Assembly (NCBI GenBank): GCA_001782235.1
Contig: MFOC01000002.1
Location: 42,912-106,911 of the forward strand
Direction: 5' to 3'
Source of the DNA: Candidatus Levybacteria bacterium RIFCSPHIGHO2_02_FULL_40_18
GTDB taxonomy: Bacteria; Patescibacteriota; Microgenomatia; Levybacterales; GWA1-39-11
DNA: 64,000 nucleotides
Below are positions 54,901 through 64,000 of the stretch, in pieces. Each line of letters opens with the position of its first letter. Within the stretch, counting starts at the first letter, position 1. The notes under the pieces are model-generated. The model was given only the letters and a program-made list of their open reading frames with translations, made no database searches and was not told the origin of the DNA. The position numbers were made by a program, and so were the translations under genes.

Positions 54901-55483
54901 TTATAAGCCCTCCATAGAGAGGAAAACTTCCACCGCCATTCAAAATACCAAGCGTTATACCTGTCCCCAAAACAGATTTTAAAAGACTTATCTTTTTTGT
55001 GAAATAAGAAAAAGTAAAATAAGCGACTAGTGGGAGTGCCGCGTAGATGCTAAATTTAGTTTGCTCAGCAACAAACCATGCCTGTAGCAAATAAAAATTG
55101 ATCATGTAAACCAAAGAGGCTATAAGAGGCAAATATTTTTTGTCTGGCCAGAATTTGTATGCAAAAAAATACATGGTAAAACCGGGAAGCGTGAACCAGA
55201 AAATAAAATTTATAAGCTGATCAGCTTTCAATGAAAAACCAATCCAGACTAAAAAGGCTTGTAATCCATGTATAGGTAACGCACCCAAAAGTCCATAGCT
55301 CTGGTCGGTTCCAATTCCCAGACGTTGCGACCATACGGAAAACCTGTCAAGAAAATGGGTTATTGGATCAAAGGGAAAACCTGCGTCGTGCCCAAACAAC
55401 ATCGTTTGACCGGGAAACCATAAAAGAGGTAGAAGCCCAATAAGAAAGACAATTAAAAGATCAAATAATATTCTTTTCCTCAT
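51971..55483 (-). CDS. Large GT-C-like membrane protein (AftD/YfhO-like) with a big extracellular region
   Basis: GHD, IPGFAIFRS..KF, C-terminal ESY..W..NGW..YYPQ + TM; start at MRKRI. Confidence 0.75.
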   Translation of the reverse strand: MRKRILFDLLIVFLIGLLPLLWFPGQTMLFGHDAGFPFDPITHFLDRFSVWSQRLGIGTDQSYGLLGALPIHGLQAFLVWIGFSLKADQLINFIFWFTLPGFTMYFFAYKFWPDKKYLPLIASLVYMINFYLLQAWFVAEQTKFSIYAALPLVAYFTFSYFTKKISLLKSVLGTGITLGILNGGGSFPLYGGLIIFLVLSALYFNFIERSFQTLRKTILYFFGVGILYLLLSAYWFFPYIYYILGFYSRDLALAGGAQGALAWSEYLSKGSTFINLFRGQGIPEWYLNAYHSYAGNFLLNPFLIVASFFFPLAAYGSLLLVKIKREKFFIYLFVLISLVTLIFAAGPKSQLGIIYEFFILYIPGFAIFRSNFYKFDYVQWFVYGILIGFTLDVIFSRFEQFAKTKKIFIPPIHFVLIGLFTVLYVLYHYPIISGSFFDYSSEPGKELSTRVNVPQYVFDFGKWVNQQNPTRRYLIVPEISDTGYIAYQWGYWSAAPINSLMAKNSYVQNTFLVPQSERFLMKQMYSALLHEDIKSFTDFTEVFAIDGVIVHEDFDWQNISWGTTNPAIYGKILDNNPKFKLEKTFGKWKVYDIADTDRSYRITITPKLNFLQGELKNIVSFPGFDPTSPLFMADLEPKKFSYYANEATDIFVAPECIQCNLKEEFFGFTYYNPKILPGSVLYPLILYREDRIREQARDFSSLVNHYLTIADRRIVEAKWMIDSKEKLQFLQRAVDGYNKAIVELKDLVSKRWSVSGKEENRLARTINGHLLQEVTLIDSIFDNPILNIDHRKGFSLAYDELLEIKKITDQKQWVTQDIIDKRYIFDLPKTGSYDIYAKKNSFSNPVGDSSGSRISVQENNVSLAPIAEVSDWLYFGKMNFTQNQVHLAFQDSTLSNLISSVKPEFPDGTGGIIRDGNKISMNLESRNKCMTYSVNNLETLGAEYIVSFSYRNLTDKNDLSFYVNDPKVKIPRLRIRESFIPNSRAWATHNELVRPVGDRIKINLCNGFVSLSQEQGIKGREDLRFIDPGQNIIEIQDVALYKISFPVVVFYQKQRATQENEYVSDFEKISPVEYNINVKPSKDPVTLVMRESYGKFWRFCEEGKECIPFDTDAHYPSGGFTNGWYVKDGIQKKVNLYYYPQKIYMWGAYLTVATIFTIIVGVCWTIFRKK

Positions 55484-55521
55484 TAAAAGAAGCTGAAGAT
55501 TAAGCATTATACCAATAAATC

Positions 55522-56211
55522 TCACTTTTTCGCAAAGATAAATACTGTCGAAAGAAACCAAGTAGTCGAAGAAGCAAACGGCAATATAAGATTTAATCTC
55601 CAATTAAGCCTATATAAATATGGCGGGAAAAAAGTTACTCTTTTAATTCGTACATTAGAAAAACCTGCCTCTAAAAATAATCCTCTCCATTCTTCGTGAT
55701 TTTTAACACTTATGTGCGTTGGGTCCTGAATTTTATAGTCAAAATCATTTTGCGTTGAGATAATTGCCCATCCCTTAGGCTTTAAAGTGTTATATATATT
55801 TTTAATTGCAAGTTCGGGCCATTCCAAATGTTCTAAGACATCAAAAGCCATAACATAATCAAATTTTTCTTTAAGCGGTTTTTGAATATCGTGCGTTTTA
55901 AATGTGATTGAGGGATGAATTTTTTTAGCACGTTCTATGGCAAACTTTGAAATATCAGTTGCGGTTACTTTAAGCCCGTATTCATCAAGAACAATTGCGG
56001 CAGCACCATAGGCGCAACCAAATTCTATAATGCTTTTCCCTTTGGAATTTTTAATCGGAACAAATTTGTTCACATAATTTAAACCTCCTCTGAACCAATT
56101 GGATAACTCCCTATCCCTTTTTTCACTAAATTCTCCCACTTCGCTTTTATAAAAACCTTCAAAGTAAGTATCTTCAAACTTCTTATTTTTTCTCATATCG
56201 AACTTATTCAC
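55522..56211 (-). CDS. Class I SAM-dependent methyltransferase, paralogue of 50923-51609
   Basis: IIEFGCAYG, DVLEHL and DPTHI motifs. Confidence 0.9.
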   Translation of the reverse strand: MNKFDMRKNKKFEDTYFEGFYKSEVGEFSEKRDRELSNWFRGGLNYVNKFVPIKNSKGKSIIEFGCAYGAAAIVLDEYGLKVTATDISKFAIERAKKIHPSITFKTHDIQKPLKEKFDYVMAFDVLEHLEWPELAIKNIYNTLKPKGWAIISTQNDFDYKIQDPTHISVKNHEEWRGLFLEAGFSNVRIKRVTFFPPYLYRLNWRLNLILPFASSTTWFLSTVFIFAKK

Positions 56212-58432
56212 TTATCGCAACTGAGCCAAAAAGTCTCTCAATGGGTGAACCCTCTAGATAAGTACCTGAAACAACTAACCTAACAACTTTATCATTAAAT
56301 TTTACAAAGTATTGTGTTTGCCAACCGCTCTTAAATTCAATTGCATCATTAAAGTGATATGTATCAAAATATATTTTCTTTAAGGTTACAGTCCCCGCTT
56401 CATTTATAACTGTTTTTATTTCCTGCATATCAAAAGTGGGCAATACTGAAATAATGCTTAATTGAGCGGTAAATCCAGGATTGCTCAGTGTATATATTTT
56501 TAAAATTTTAGGATCTTGAGTGCTTATCTGCTCCTCTATTTTAGCTCCTTGCGGATACCTGAAGGATAATTTCGTAAAAGAGTCTTCAAAAACCAGCCAA
56601 TCAGTATCATTTTTTGAATTTTTCATAAAATTCTCCATTTCTTCTCTTACGGACTTGGTAATATCGTTAAACTTAATTTTTTTTGAATCATAATAAAAAC
56701 CATAAACGTCATTAACGGAAAAAGTATTGGCAAGAAGAGCTTCTGATAGCGTTTTTTTGGTATTATAAAATCCAAATCCCCTGTTTTCTGAAAACAAATA
56801 ACCTTGTGGTTTTGCATCCAAAATAAATGTATCAAAAAAACTATCTGGTAGTGGATTCTTATCATAGTAGACAATTGTCAATATCTGAGGGAAACTCGTT
56901 TGGAAAGGAAGTATTGTACCGTATGCGCCTCCCCCATCTGTCTCGGCATAGAAAACAGCTTTTTGTGGTAACACCGGAAGATGCTGTTTTAATTGTGTAA
57001 TAATCTGCCGCCTTGGGATTCCCGTAACATCAACAATGGTATGCATATTCGCTTGAAATACGCTGTTATTGTTAATAAACCAAGCAAGAAACAGCAAACC
57101 TAAAACCCACAAAGAATTCAGAGAAATTCGCGTTATTTTTTTGATTATCCTGACTATAAATTCAGAAATAAATAAGAGCAAAAAAGGAAAAACTATCGCA
57201 GCTCCAATGGAAGGCATATAATAATGCCTTGAATCAAAAAGATCTGTCCCCCACGACGGAATACGTAAAACATTTAAAACCAGAGGGAGCGTACTCGCTA
57301 TTATGAGTAAAAATCCTAAAAGAACAGTTTGGGCCTCAGAATTTTTCTTGGATTGCATGTATTTACGTACCATAACAATAATGAGCACAACTATTCCAAG
57401 AGAAATCAGATAAAATAATAAATTTTGTCCCGGCCCATATACAAAAAACAAACGATTTTGGGCTCGCGACGCTGGCTCGCCAGGATATAAGTAATAAATA
57501 AACGGGCTTATCGTCTGCATGACAGAAAGGATAGTCGCCCCGGGGATAAAAACTTGCGAAAGCATACTTAAGGGAAATGAAATAGTTCTGTAGATAATAA
57601 GAGAGATATCAAAACCGCTACTTGCAGTAGCAACTTCTGCTTGATGTGTTAATTTCATGCTAACCTCTATCCATTGATTTATCCACACATACAAAGCTGG
57701 CAACACAAAACGAAAAGGAATAAAAAATGCTAACGGGATAGAATAGATTTTAATTAAAAATTTTACTGGGAAAACTCTTTTTTCCATAAAAATCATAATT
57801 GGAATTATCAAAATAAGAACAACTGCTATTTCTTTAGTTAGTAGATCAAGCAATAAAAATATGGAAGAAATAAAAAGATATTTTTTTTTCTTTGTACTTA
57901 GGGCTTTCTTCAAAAATAAAATGCTTAATATAAAAAAGGTAATTGAAAGAACATTTTGGCCATAAAATGCAGCCCATGTAACTGCATGCATAGGTATCGC
58001 CGACAATGCAAAAAAGACTCCTCCCACAATTGCAATAATGGTATTTTTGGATTTAAGTTTCCCATTTTTTAATAATTCCTGAATAAAAAGAAATACCAAG
58101 AAACTATTAATTGAGTGAAGCAATATAGATATAAATGCATATGGTGTAAAATTGACTCCAAAAAATCGAGTGTTTAGAAAAAAGATTTCCTCTCCTATTG
58201 GAACAACATGTTGCCCCTCAGATAATACTACCGCATCTGTAACTGATTTTATTAAAGGAAGTAACGGACCCCAAGGATCTTTTGTTAAAGGAAAGTAATG
58301 TGTAAAATGGAACCATTCATCCGCTTCAAAGTAAGAATTAAAGAGATCTTTGTATGCTGTAAAAACAAGGATAAGGAAAAAGATAAGTATAATTTTTTCG
58401 TTGAAAATAATTTTCTTAAACTTCTTTTTCAT
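56204..58432 (-). CDS. GT-C-like membrane glycosyltransferase
   Basis: ADEW, AVTW, TKE and SRHYY motifs; multi-TM. Confidence 0.72.
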   Translation of the reverse strand: MKKKFKKIIFNEKIILIFFLILVFTAYKDLFNSYFEADEWFHFTHYFPLTKDPWGPLLPLIKSVTDAVVLSEGQHVVPIGEEIFFLNTRFFGVNFTPYAFISILLHSINSFLVFLFIQELLKNGKLKSKNTIIAIVGGVFFALSAIPMHAVTWAAFYGQNVLSITFFILSILFLKKALSTKKKKYLFISSIFLLLDLLTKEIAVVLILIIPIMIFMEKRVFPVKFLIKIYSIPLAFFIPFRFVLPALYVWINQWIEVSMKLTHQAEVATASSGFDISLIIYRTISFPLSMLSQVFIPGATILSVMQTISPFIYYLYPGEPASRAQNRLFFVYGPGQNLLFYLISLGIVVLIIVMVRKYMQSKKNSEAQTVLLGFLLIIASTLPLVLNVLRIPSWGTDLFDSRHYYMPSIGAAIVFPFLLLFISEFIVRIIKKITRISLNSLWVLGLLFLAWFINNNSVFQANMHTIVDVTGIPRRQIITQLKQHLPVLPQKAVFYAETDGGGAYGTILPFQTSFPQILTIVYYDKNPLPDSFFDTFILDAKPQGYLFSENRGFGFYNTKKTLSEALLANTFSVNDVYGFYYDSKKIKFNDITKSVREEMENFMKNSKNDTDWLVFEDSFTKLSFRYPQGAKIEEQISTQDPKILKIYTLSNPGFTAQLSIISVLPTFDMQEIKTVINEAGTVTLKKIYFDTYHFNDAIEFKSGWQTQYFVKFNDKVVRLVVSGTYLEGSPIERLFGSVAISE

Positions 58433-59450
58433 TAAATCTTCCTTCCGGATTAAAGAAAAAATGTGAATAATAGTTAAAACTTGGATTACGTTCTACAGAG
58501 GCAAAGAGCATTTTATCATTTATTTTTCTAATACGAGATTGTATGTATTCTCTTTTTTTTAAAATCGAAGGTAAACTGGGAATCCATCCTATAACTCCGA
58601 TTTGAGAAGCAATGGCTTGTTTGAATTTCCCCCGAAGAAGACTCATAAAAATAAGTATCTCACAAAGTATAAAATGAATCGGTAAAACAAATAGTAACTT
58701 TTTTAAGCTTAAATTTTTTATATAAGATACAAACCTATTTCTAAAAGATCTAAATATTACCACTTCAGTTTTTGTCATTACAGACATATCTCCTCCGCCA
58801 AAGTGATAAACAATACTTTTTGGTATATAAATTATATTTTTTCCGGAGAGAAGAAGTCTATGACAAAGATCCGATTCTTCAACGTAGGTGACAAAACTTT
58901 CATCTATTCCTCCGAGATCAAGATAATCTTTCTTTTTCATAAGATAACAAGCTCCTTTTACTGAATAAACTGAAAGTTCTTTGTTGTATTTTTTTTCGGT
59001 TGCATTTTGAAAATATCCGTAGTGATATAAAAATCCGGTGAAGGTAAAAAAAGAACCGATAGAATCAATTGCATTTTTACTAACCATATTCCTTATTTGA
59101 GGTTGAACCGCTCCAATAGTTTTATCATTTTCAATTTTTTCAACAAGAGGCCCCAGAAAATTTGGAGTGACCTTAGTATCATTATTCAAAAAAAGAATGT
59201 ATTCGCCTGTAGCTCTTTTAACTCCTAAATTGTTTGCTCCTGAGTATCCTCTGTTCTTTTTAATTTCCAAGACTTTAAACTTCGGATAGTTCTTTTTAAG
59301 GAATTTTGCACTGTCATCCGTTGAACCATTGTTTACAATCAAAACTTCAATATTTTTATAGCTGACCTTTTTTAGAGTAGGAAGAAGCCCCTCCAGCCAT
59401 TTCTTGCCATTATAATTTGGTATAAGTACTGTAACCTTAGGTTTCGACAT
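58416..59450 (-). CDS. GT2 glycosyltransferase
   Basis: NNGSTD, FLNNDT and YVEESD motifs. Confidence 0.92.
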   Translation of the reverse strand: MSKPKVTVLIPNYNGKKWLEGLLPTLKKVSYKNIEVLIVNNGSTDDSAKFLKKNYPKFKVLEIKKNRGYSGANNLGVKRATGEYILFLNNDTKVTPNFLGPLVEKIENDKTIGAVQPQIRNMVSKNAIDSIGSFFTFTGFLYHYGYFQNATEKKYNKELSVYSVKGACYLMKKKDYLDLGGIDESFVTYVEESDLCHRLLLSGKNIIYIPKSIVYHFGGGDMSVMTKTEVVIFRSFRNRFVSYIKNLSLKKLLFVLPIHFILCEILIFMSLLRGKFKQAIASQIGVIGWIPSLPSILKKREYIQSRIRKINDKMLFASVERNPSFNYYSHFFFNPEGRFNEKEV

Positions 59451-59455
59451 AAAAT

Positions 59456-60307
59456 TTAGGATAAAGTGAATAGATATCTTTTTAGTGCATCTTTCCAGGA
59501 AGGAAGTGTAACTCCAAGTTTTGCTGCACTGGTATTTTTAAGCGCAGAGAACATAGGACGTCTTAAATCTCCCTCACTCCGTCTGATAGGAATTACTTTT
59601 GTATTCTTATTTGATGCTCTAATTATTTCCATTGAAAATTCGGCAAGTGAACAATATCCTTCATTAACCAAGTGATAAATTCCAGAATTTGGTTTTTTTA
59701 ATATAAGTCTTAAAGAGGCAATAGCCAGGTCTTTTGCATAAGTTGGAGAAACGATTTGATCAGATGCTACCTCAAGCTCATCATTCTCTTTTGCCTGTTT
59801 TAAAATCGTTAATACAAAATTTCCACCTTTTGATCTACTACCTGATAATCCTCCGTACAAATAGGCAGTCCTAATAATTAATGACTTACTGCAATACGTT
59901 TTTGCGCAATATTCTCCCGCAAGTTTTGAGATTCCATACAATTGTAATGGATTTGCAGCATCATCTTCTAAGTATGGCTCGCCTTTTCTACCATCAAAAA
60001 CGTAATCAGTGCTATAGTGTATTAACCGTGAGCCATTATCTTGGCAAATCTGAGCAAGATTTTTAATAGCTATGGAATTAATTATGAAAGCTTTATCAGG
60101 AAACTCTTCACAGTCGCGAACTACATGAAAGGCGGAAGCATTTATAACAACGTCTGGTTTTATTCTTTTGACAAACTGAGAAATTTTACCTTTGTCTTCG
60201 ATATTAAGTTCCTTACTTGAAAATGCCGATACTTTATATTTCTTTCCCAACTCTATGTTTAGCTCGTGACCTAATTGACCATTTTTCCCAATTAATAAGA
60301 ATTTCAT
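59456..60307 (-). CDS. rfbD: dTDP-4-dehydrorhamnose reductase
   Basis: GKNGQLG, STDYVFDG, YGISK and SPT motifs. Confidence 0.9.
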   Translation of the reverse strand: MKFLLIGKNGQLGHELNIELGKKYKVSAFSSKELNIEDKGKISQFVKRIKPDVVINASAFHVVRDCEEFPDKAFIINSIAIKNLAQICQDNGSRLIHYSTDYVFDGRKGEPYLEDDAANPLQLYGISKLAGEYCAKTYCSKSLIIRTAYLYGGLSGSRSKGGNFVLTILKQAKENDELEVASDQIVSPTYAKDLAIASLRLILKKPNSGIYHLVNEGYCSLAEFSMEIIRASNKNTKVIPIRRSEGDLRRPMFSALKNTSAAKLGVTLPSWKDALKRYLFTLS

Positions 60308-60834
60308 CTTTTAGAAAGTGGCCATGAGGCATCCTTTTCTGATAAGAGCGGCTTATCTATTGGCCATTGAATCTTAAAAAACGGATCGTCCCATCTTATG
60401 CCTTTTTCATATTCTGGAGAATAATATTCAGTAACGAAATATTCAACGACCGTATCTTTTTCAAGCGTCTGGAATGCATGACCGCATCCCCTTGGAACAA
60501 GGAGCATTTTTTTATTTTTTTCCGACAATTCCACTCCTAACCATTTACCAAATGTCTTGGAATTACGACGTAAATCTATGGCAACGTCAAAAACTTTACC
60601 ATGCAAGCACTGGATTATTTTGTTCTCCGCGTGAGGTTTTATTTGGTAATGAATTCCTCGAATTGTACCTTTTTGTTTTGTGAATGATCTATTAATATGA
60701 ACTATATCAAATTCTATCTTATTTTTTTTAAGAACCTCTTTAGCATATATTCTCATGAAGTATCCGCGATCATCTACTTTTGGTTCAGCTTCAATAACGT
60801 ACACACCGCGAATTTTTGTTTTGTGAATCTTCAT
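60304..60834 (-). CDS. rfbC: dTDP-4-dehydrorhamnose 3,5-epimerase
   Basis: DDRGYF, RGIHYQ, HAFQTL and LSEKD motifs. Confidence 0.92.
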   Translation of the reverse strand: MKIHKTKIRGVYVIEAEPKVDDRGYFMRIYAKEVLKKNKIEFDIVHINRSFTKQKGTIRGIHYQIKPHAENKIIQCLHGKVFDVAIDLRRNSKTFGKWLGVELSEKNKKMLLVPRGCGHAFQTLEKDTVVEYFVTEYYSPEYEKGIRWDDPFFKIQWPIDKPLLSEKDASWPLSKR

Positions 60835-61859
60835 GTTGTGCGGAATAAATTCTTATCAATTCTGTTATTCTTCTGCAAGCGGCGTAAAACTGCAAGTCGA
60901 GTATATCTCCCTTCCTCAAAATCTTTTTTTGAAAATTTACTCTTTTTGAGAGCATAAATCATATCCTTAACAGATTTTGAAAGAGGCCATTTTTGACGGA
61001 CGTTGGGAAAGTGTTTCTTAAAGAAACCAAACTTGACTCTATAGCTTCTTGAATCAGCGCCATGTTCCCCTGTGTAGACGGCCGAGCAAAAGGGTAGCTC
61101 TTTTTTTATCACATCAACAAGATCCCTCACTTGAAAATTATTTTCATTAAATCCAATATTTACAATTTCCCCATTCAAAGATATGTCTTTTGTCTTAAGG
61201 AATTCAATAAAAATGTCAGTAAGGTCTCGAACATCAATCAAGGGCCTCCACGGTGTACCATCGCTCATAATTCGTATCTGGCCATAAGCAAGTGCTGTTG
61301 TGACTAAATTATTTACGACTAAATCATTTCTAAAACGAGGAGAAAAACCATAAACTGTCGAGTTTCGCAGAAGGCCAACAAAAAAATCTGAGGCAGCTAG
61401 TTTTTTAAGAGCTTGTTCGGTTTTTATTTTTGAGCGAGCATAGGCCGTCAATGGATTCACTCTCGATTTTTCATCCACTATTCCGTTTTCAGCTATACCG
61501 TAAACACTCGCGGAGGAAGAAAAAATAAATTTTTTAACTCCTGCTTTTTTTGCTAATTTTGCTAATCGAATTGAAGCCTTATGGTTTATTTCTTCTGTCA
61601 ATTTTGGGTCTATCTCTCCCATTGGATCATTAGATAAAGCACTGAGGTGAATAATTGCATCAACTCCTCTCAGGTCAGAAAGGCTTACATGACGAATATC
61701 CTTTGTGATTTTTTTATAGGAGGGTATGGAATCGCCGGGCAAAAGGTTGTTTTCAAAAAAACCCGTATCTAATCCAATTACATTGTGACCTTCTTTAACT
61801 AATTTCCTGACCAGAACCGATCCAATATATCCTCTATCACCGGTAACCAAAACTTTCAT
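60831..61859 (-). CDS. NAD-dependent epimerase/dehydratase (extended SDR)
   Basis: TGDRGYIG, SNDP, YARSK and DGTPWRP motifs. Confidence 0.9.
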   Translation of the reverse strand: MKVLVTGDRGYIGSVLVRKLVKEGHNVIGLDTGFFENNLLPGDSIPSYKKITKDIRHVSLSDLRGVDAIIHLSALSNDPMGEIDPKLTEEINHKASIRLAKLAKKAGVKKFIFSSSASVYGIAENGIVDEKSRVNPLTAYARSKIKTEQALKKLAASDFFVGLLRNSTVYGFSPRFRNDLVVNNLVTTALAYGQIRIMSDGTPWRPLIDVRDLTDIFIEFLKTKDISLNGEIVNIGFNENNFQVRDLVDVIKKELPFCSAVYTGEHGADSRSYRVKFGFFKKHFPNVRQKWPLSKSVKDMIYALKKSKFSKKDFEEGRYTRLAVLRRLQKNNRIDKNLFRTT

Positions 61860-61863
61860 ATTA

Positions 61864-62637
61864 TCACCACACTTTCCAGGCAGGATCCTTTTTCCACTGT
61901 TTATTCATTTCTTCAACATCTTGATATGTATCCATCGCTGACCAGTACCCGTCATGAAGATATACTGCAAGTTGACCATTTTTTGCTAATCCCGGAAATG
62001 CATCGTGAATCATATCACCTTTCTTTAGATATTCAAAAACTTTTTTTGTAAAAACCATAAATCCTCCATTTGTATATTGATTAAATCTTGGTTTTTCTTG
62101 GAATCTTTTGACGACCCCATTCTTGTCCGAGACAATAATCCCCCATTTAGACTTAGGGTGGACACCTGTAACAGTCCCTATTAATTTCTTTTTTTTATGG
62201 AAACGAAGCAAATCTCGAATATTAATATCGCTGACACCGTCTCCATAAGTAACCATAAATAGATCCGATTTTAAGTATTTTTTTACTCTAACTAATCTAT
62301 CGCCAGTTGGCGTTTCAAGACCTGTATTGACAAAGGTAATATCAAAATCATCTTTTCTCCTTCTGTTATTTTTATGTAAAATTTTTTTTCCTGTTTTTGT
62401 TTGTAAATTAAAGTCGTTATCAAAATACTCCTGGTTTAGAAAATAATCTTTAATGTAATCACCCTTATACCCTAGAGCTATTATAAATTTATTGAATCCG
62501 TGGTGTGAGTAGATTTTCATTATGTGCCAGATGATTGGTCTTCCTCCAAGGGAAACCATGGGTTTTGGGCGGAATTCAGTTTCTTCTTTCATTCGTGTTC
62601 CTGTCCCACCACAGAATATTACTACCGGAATTTTCAT
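61864..62637 (-). CDS. rfbF: Glucose-1-phosphate cytidylyltransferase (RfbF-like)
   Basis: GGTGTR..EETEFRPKPM, LGYKG, TYGDGV and MDT motifs. Confidence 0.85.
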   Translation of the reverse strand: MKIPVVIFCGGTGTRMKEETEFRPKPMVSLGGRPIIWHIMKIYSHHGFNKFIIALGYKGDYIKDYFLNQEYFDNDFNLQTKTGKKILHKNNRRRKDDFDITFVNTGLETPTGDRLVRVKKYLKSDLFMVTYGDGVSDINIRDLLRFHKKKKLIGTVTGVHPKSKWGIIVSDKNGVVKRFQEKPRFNQYTNGGFMVFTKKVFEYLKKGDMIHDAFPGLAKNGQLAVYLHDGYWSAMDTYQDVEEMNKQWKKDPAWKVW

Positions 62638-62676
62638 AGTTTTAAATTTGGTTACTTATTTTAACATATTTTGATG

Positions 62677-62705
62677 TTGACGGGCATATTTTTCTTAGTT
62701 ATAAT
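62677..62705 (+). promoter_or_regulatory. Sigma70 promoter
   Basis: TTGACG-17-TATAAT. Confidence 0.65.
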
Positions 62706-62721
62706 GCCATATATAAATTTA

Positions 62722-63762
62722 GTGAAAAAAACAAAGAAAAAAATCTTCATAACAGGAGCCGCCGGATTCATAGGAAGCAATGTTTTAGAGTACTTATTTA
62801 AAAAATATAAAAATTACTACTTCACCGTACTCGATGCATTAACATATGCAGGAAATCTAAGAAATTTTCTACCCGAGATGATGAACGACAAACGCTTTCA
62901 CTTTGTGTACGGAGATGTAACCAACAATGCTTTGGTCGACAATCTAGTACGGGATTCTGATGTTGTAATTCATTTTGCTGCCGAAACTCACGTCACACGA
63001 TCAATTCATGACAATAGAAAATTTTTTGAGACTGATGTCTTGGGAACTCAATCGGTTGCAAACGCAGTTTACCATCATAAAAAAAGGGTTGAAAGATTTA
63101 TTCATATCTCTACTTGTGAGGTATATGGTCACGGTCTTACTCGAAAGATGGATGAATCACATCCACTAAACCCTCATAGCCCATATGCGGCAGCAAAAGC
63201 AGGAGCAGATCGCTTAGTATATTCTTACTATATTACTTATGGGATTCCAGTAATAATCTTGCGTCCATTTAATATTTATGGGCCCCGCCAGCATCTTGAA
63301 AAAGCAATACCCCGTTTTATAACTTCCGCATTATCGAATGATCCATTACCGCTGCATGGAGGGGGGAAGTCAAAAAGAGACTATATGCATGTTTCAGACG
63401 TAGCAACGGCTATTGATCTTTTAATACGCGCTCCTCTTAAAAAGGTTAAGGGTGAGGTATTTAATATTGGTTCAGGAAAAGCAATATCAATTCTTCAAAT
63501 AGCAAAGTCAGTCGCAAAGCATATGAAAATTCCAGAGTCCCGAATTAAAATTGTAAAAGACAGACCGGGACAGGTGTCTGGTTTTGCTTGCGATTATAGT
63601 AAGATAAAAAAACTACTTGGTTGGGAACCGAAAAAAGACATGAGAATAGGACTCATTGAAACAATTGCCTGGTATCGAGAAAATAAGGATATTTGGAATT
63701 TGCAAACATGGCTCAAGTCAGTTCCAATTGTGTTGCCTGATGGCACCACCGAACACCACTAG
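62722..63762 (+). CDS. rfbB: dTDP-glucose 4,6-dehydratase (start uncertain, GTG at 62722 chosen)
   Basis: TGAAGFIGS, DALTYAG, HFAAETHV, YAAAK and DRPG motifs. Confidence 0.88.
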   Translation: MKKTKKKIFITGAAGFIGSNVLEYLFKKYKNYYFTVLDALTYAGNLRNFLPEMMNDKRFHFVYGDVTNNALVDNLVRDSDVVIHFAAETHVTRSIHDNRKFFETDVLGTQSVANAVYHHKKRVERFIHISTCEVYGHGLTRKMDESHPLNPHSPYAAAKAGADRLVYSYYITYGIPVIILRPFNIYGPRQHLEKAIPRFITSALSNDPLPLHGGGKSKRDYMHVSDVATAIDLLIRAPLKKVKGEVFNIGSGKAISILQIAKSVAKHMKIPESRIKIVKDRPGQVSGFACDYSKIKKLLGWEPKKDMRIGLIETIAWYRENKDIWNLQTWLKSVPIVLPDGTTEHH

Positions 63763-63765
63763 TAT

Positions 63766-64000
63766 ATGAATGTTGAGTTTTTTAAACATAATGTCGGAAA
63801 TCAAGAAATTAAATTGGTTGAGAAAGTACTTCGTTCGCTCTTTTTGACAACGGGTGCATATGTAGATCAGTTTGAAGAATCTTTAGCGTCTTATCTTAAT
63901 GCAAAATACGCTGTTGGACTAACTAGCTGTACAGCCGCGCTTCATCTCGCGTGCATTGCCGCCGGTGTAAAACCAGGAGATGAAGTTATAACCACGCCAA
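63766..64000 (+). CDS. DegT/DnrJ aminotransferase, runs off the window end
   Basis: MNVEFFKH...LTTG...FE...SCTAALHLA...GDEVITTP. Confidence 0.88.
   Translation, partial: MNVEFFKHNVGNQEIKLVEKVLRSLFLTTGAYVDQFEESLASYLNAKYAVGLTSCTAALHLACIAAGVKPGDEVITTP

Noticed and set aside
55484-55603. N-terminal extensions in the ORF track (also at 23967, 26057, 29255, 49849, 52049, 62671)
   Set aside because: They overlap neighbouring genes, promoters or repeats; downstream starts fit better.
3139-63169. Short antisense or nested ORFs in the track (e.g. 3600-4049, 11726-12094, 13897-14310, 28606-28860, 41345-41539)
   Set aside because: They overlap well-supported genes or repeat arrays and show no recognisable motifs.
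1-64000. Alternative genetic code (TGA read as Gly or Trp)
   Set aside because: Full-length conserved genes such as mraY and glyQS end at TGA, and no conserved gene is interrupted by TGA.

Overview
AT-rich bacterial chromosome segment using the standard code (TGA is used as a stop). Gene content and style suggest a Patescibacteria/CPR (Microgenomates-like) genome; that assignment is inference. Layout: (1) 1-2.9 kb, small accessory genes; (2) 3-19.3 kb, a minus-strand division/cell-wall cluster (mraZ, rsmH, ftsL-like, PBP, murC, murA, GlmU-like, membrane-anchored MurF-like, mraY, ftsW, murG, short FtsQ-like, ftsA, an orphan, ftsZ); (3) 19.7-26 kb, glyQS, recO and hypotheticals; (4) 26-64 kb, a large surface-glycan locus (priming transferase, ManC-like, many GT4/GT2 and GT-C/YfhO-like proteins, nucleotide-sugar enzymes) interrupted by a RelBE-type TA pair, a squalene/phytoene-synthase-like gene, a REP-associated tyrosine transposase and a four-helix-bundle (23S-IVP/Avd-like) gene. 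The most striking unexplained structure is a family of hairpins built from degenerate 7-9-nt tandem repeats, seen in three states: a 'filled' copy whose inverted heptamer arms enclose the four-helix-bundle gene (42584-43010), about ten 'empty' hairpins occupying gene junctions, and single arms inserted in frame in coding sequences. A second layer of GC-rich REP-like palindromes is also inserted in frame in core genes. I saw none of these repeats in the AT-richer block after about 43.8 kb. No rRNA, tRNA, CRISPR array, integrase or reverse transcriptase was seen.
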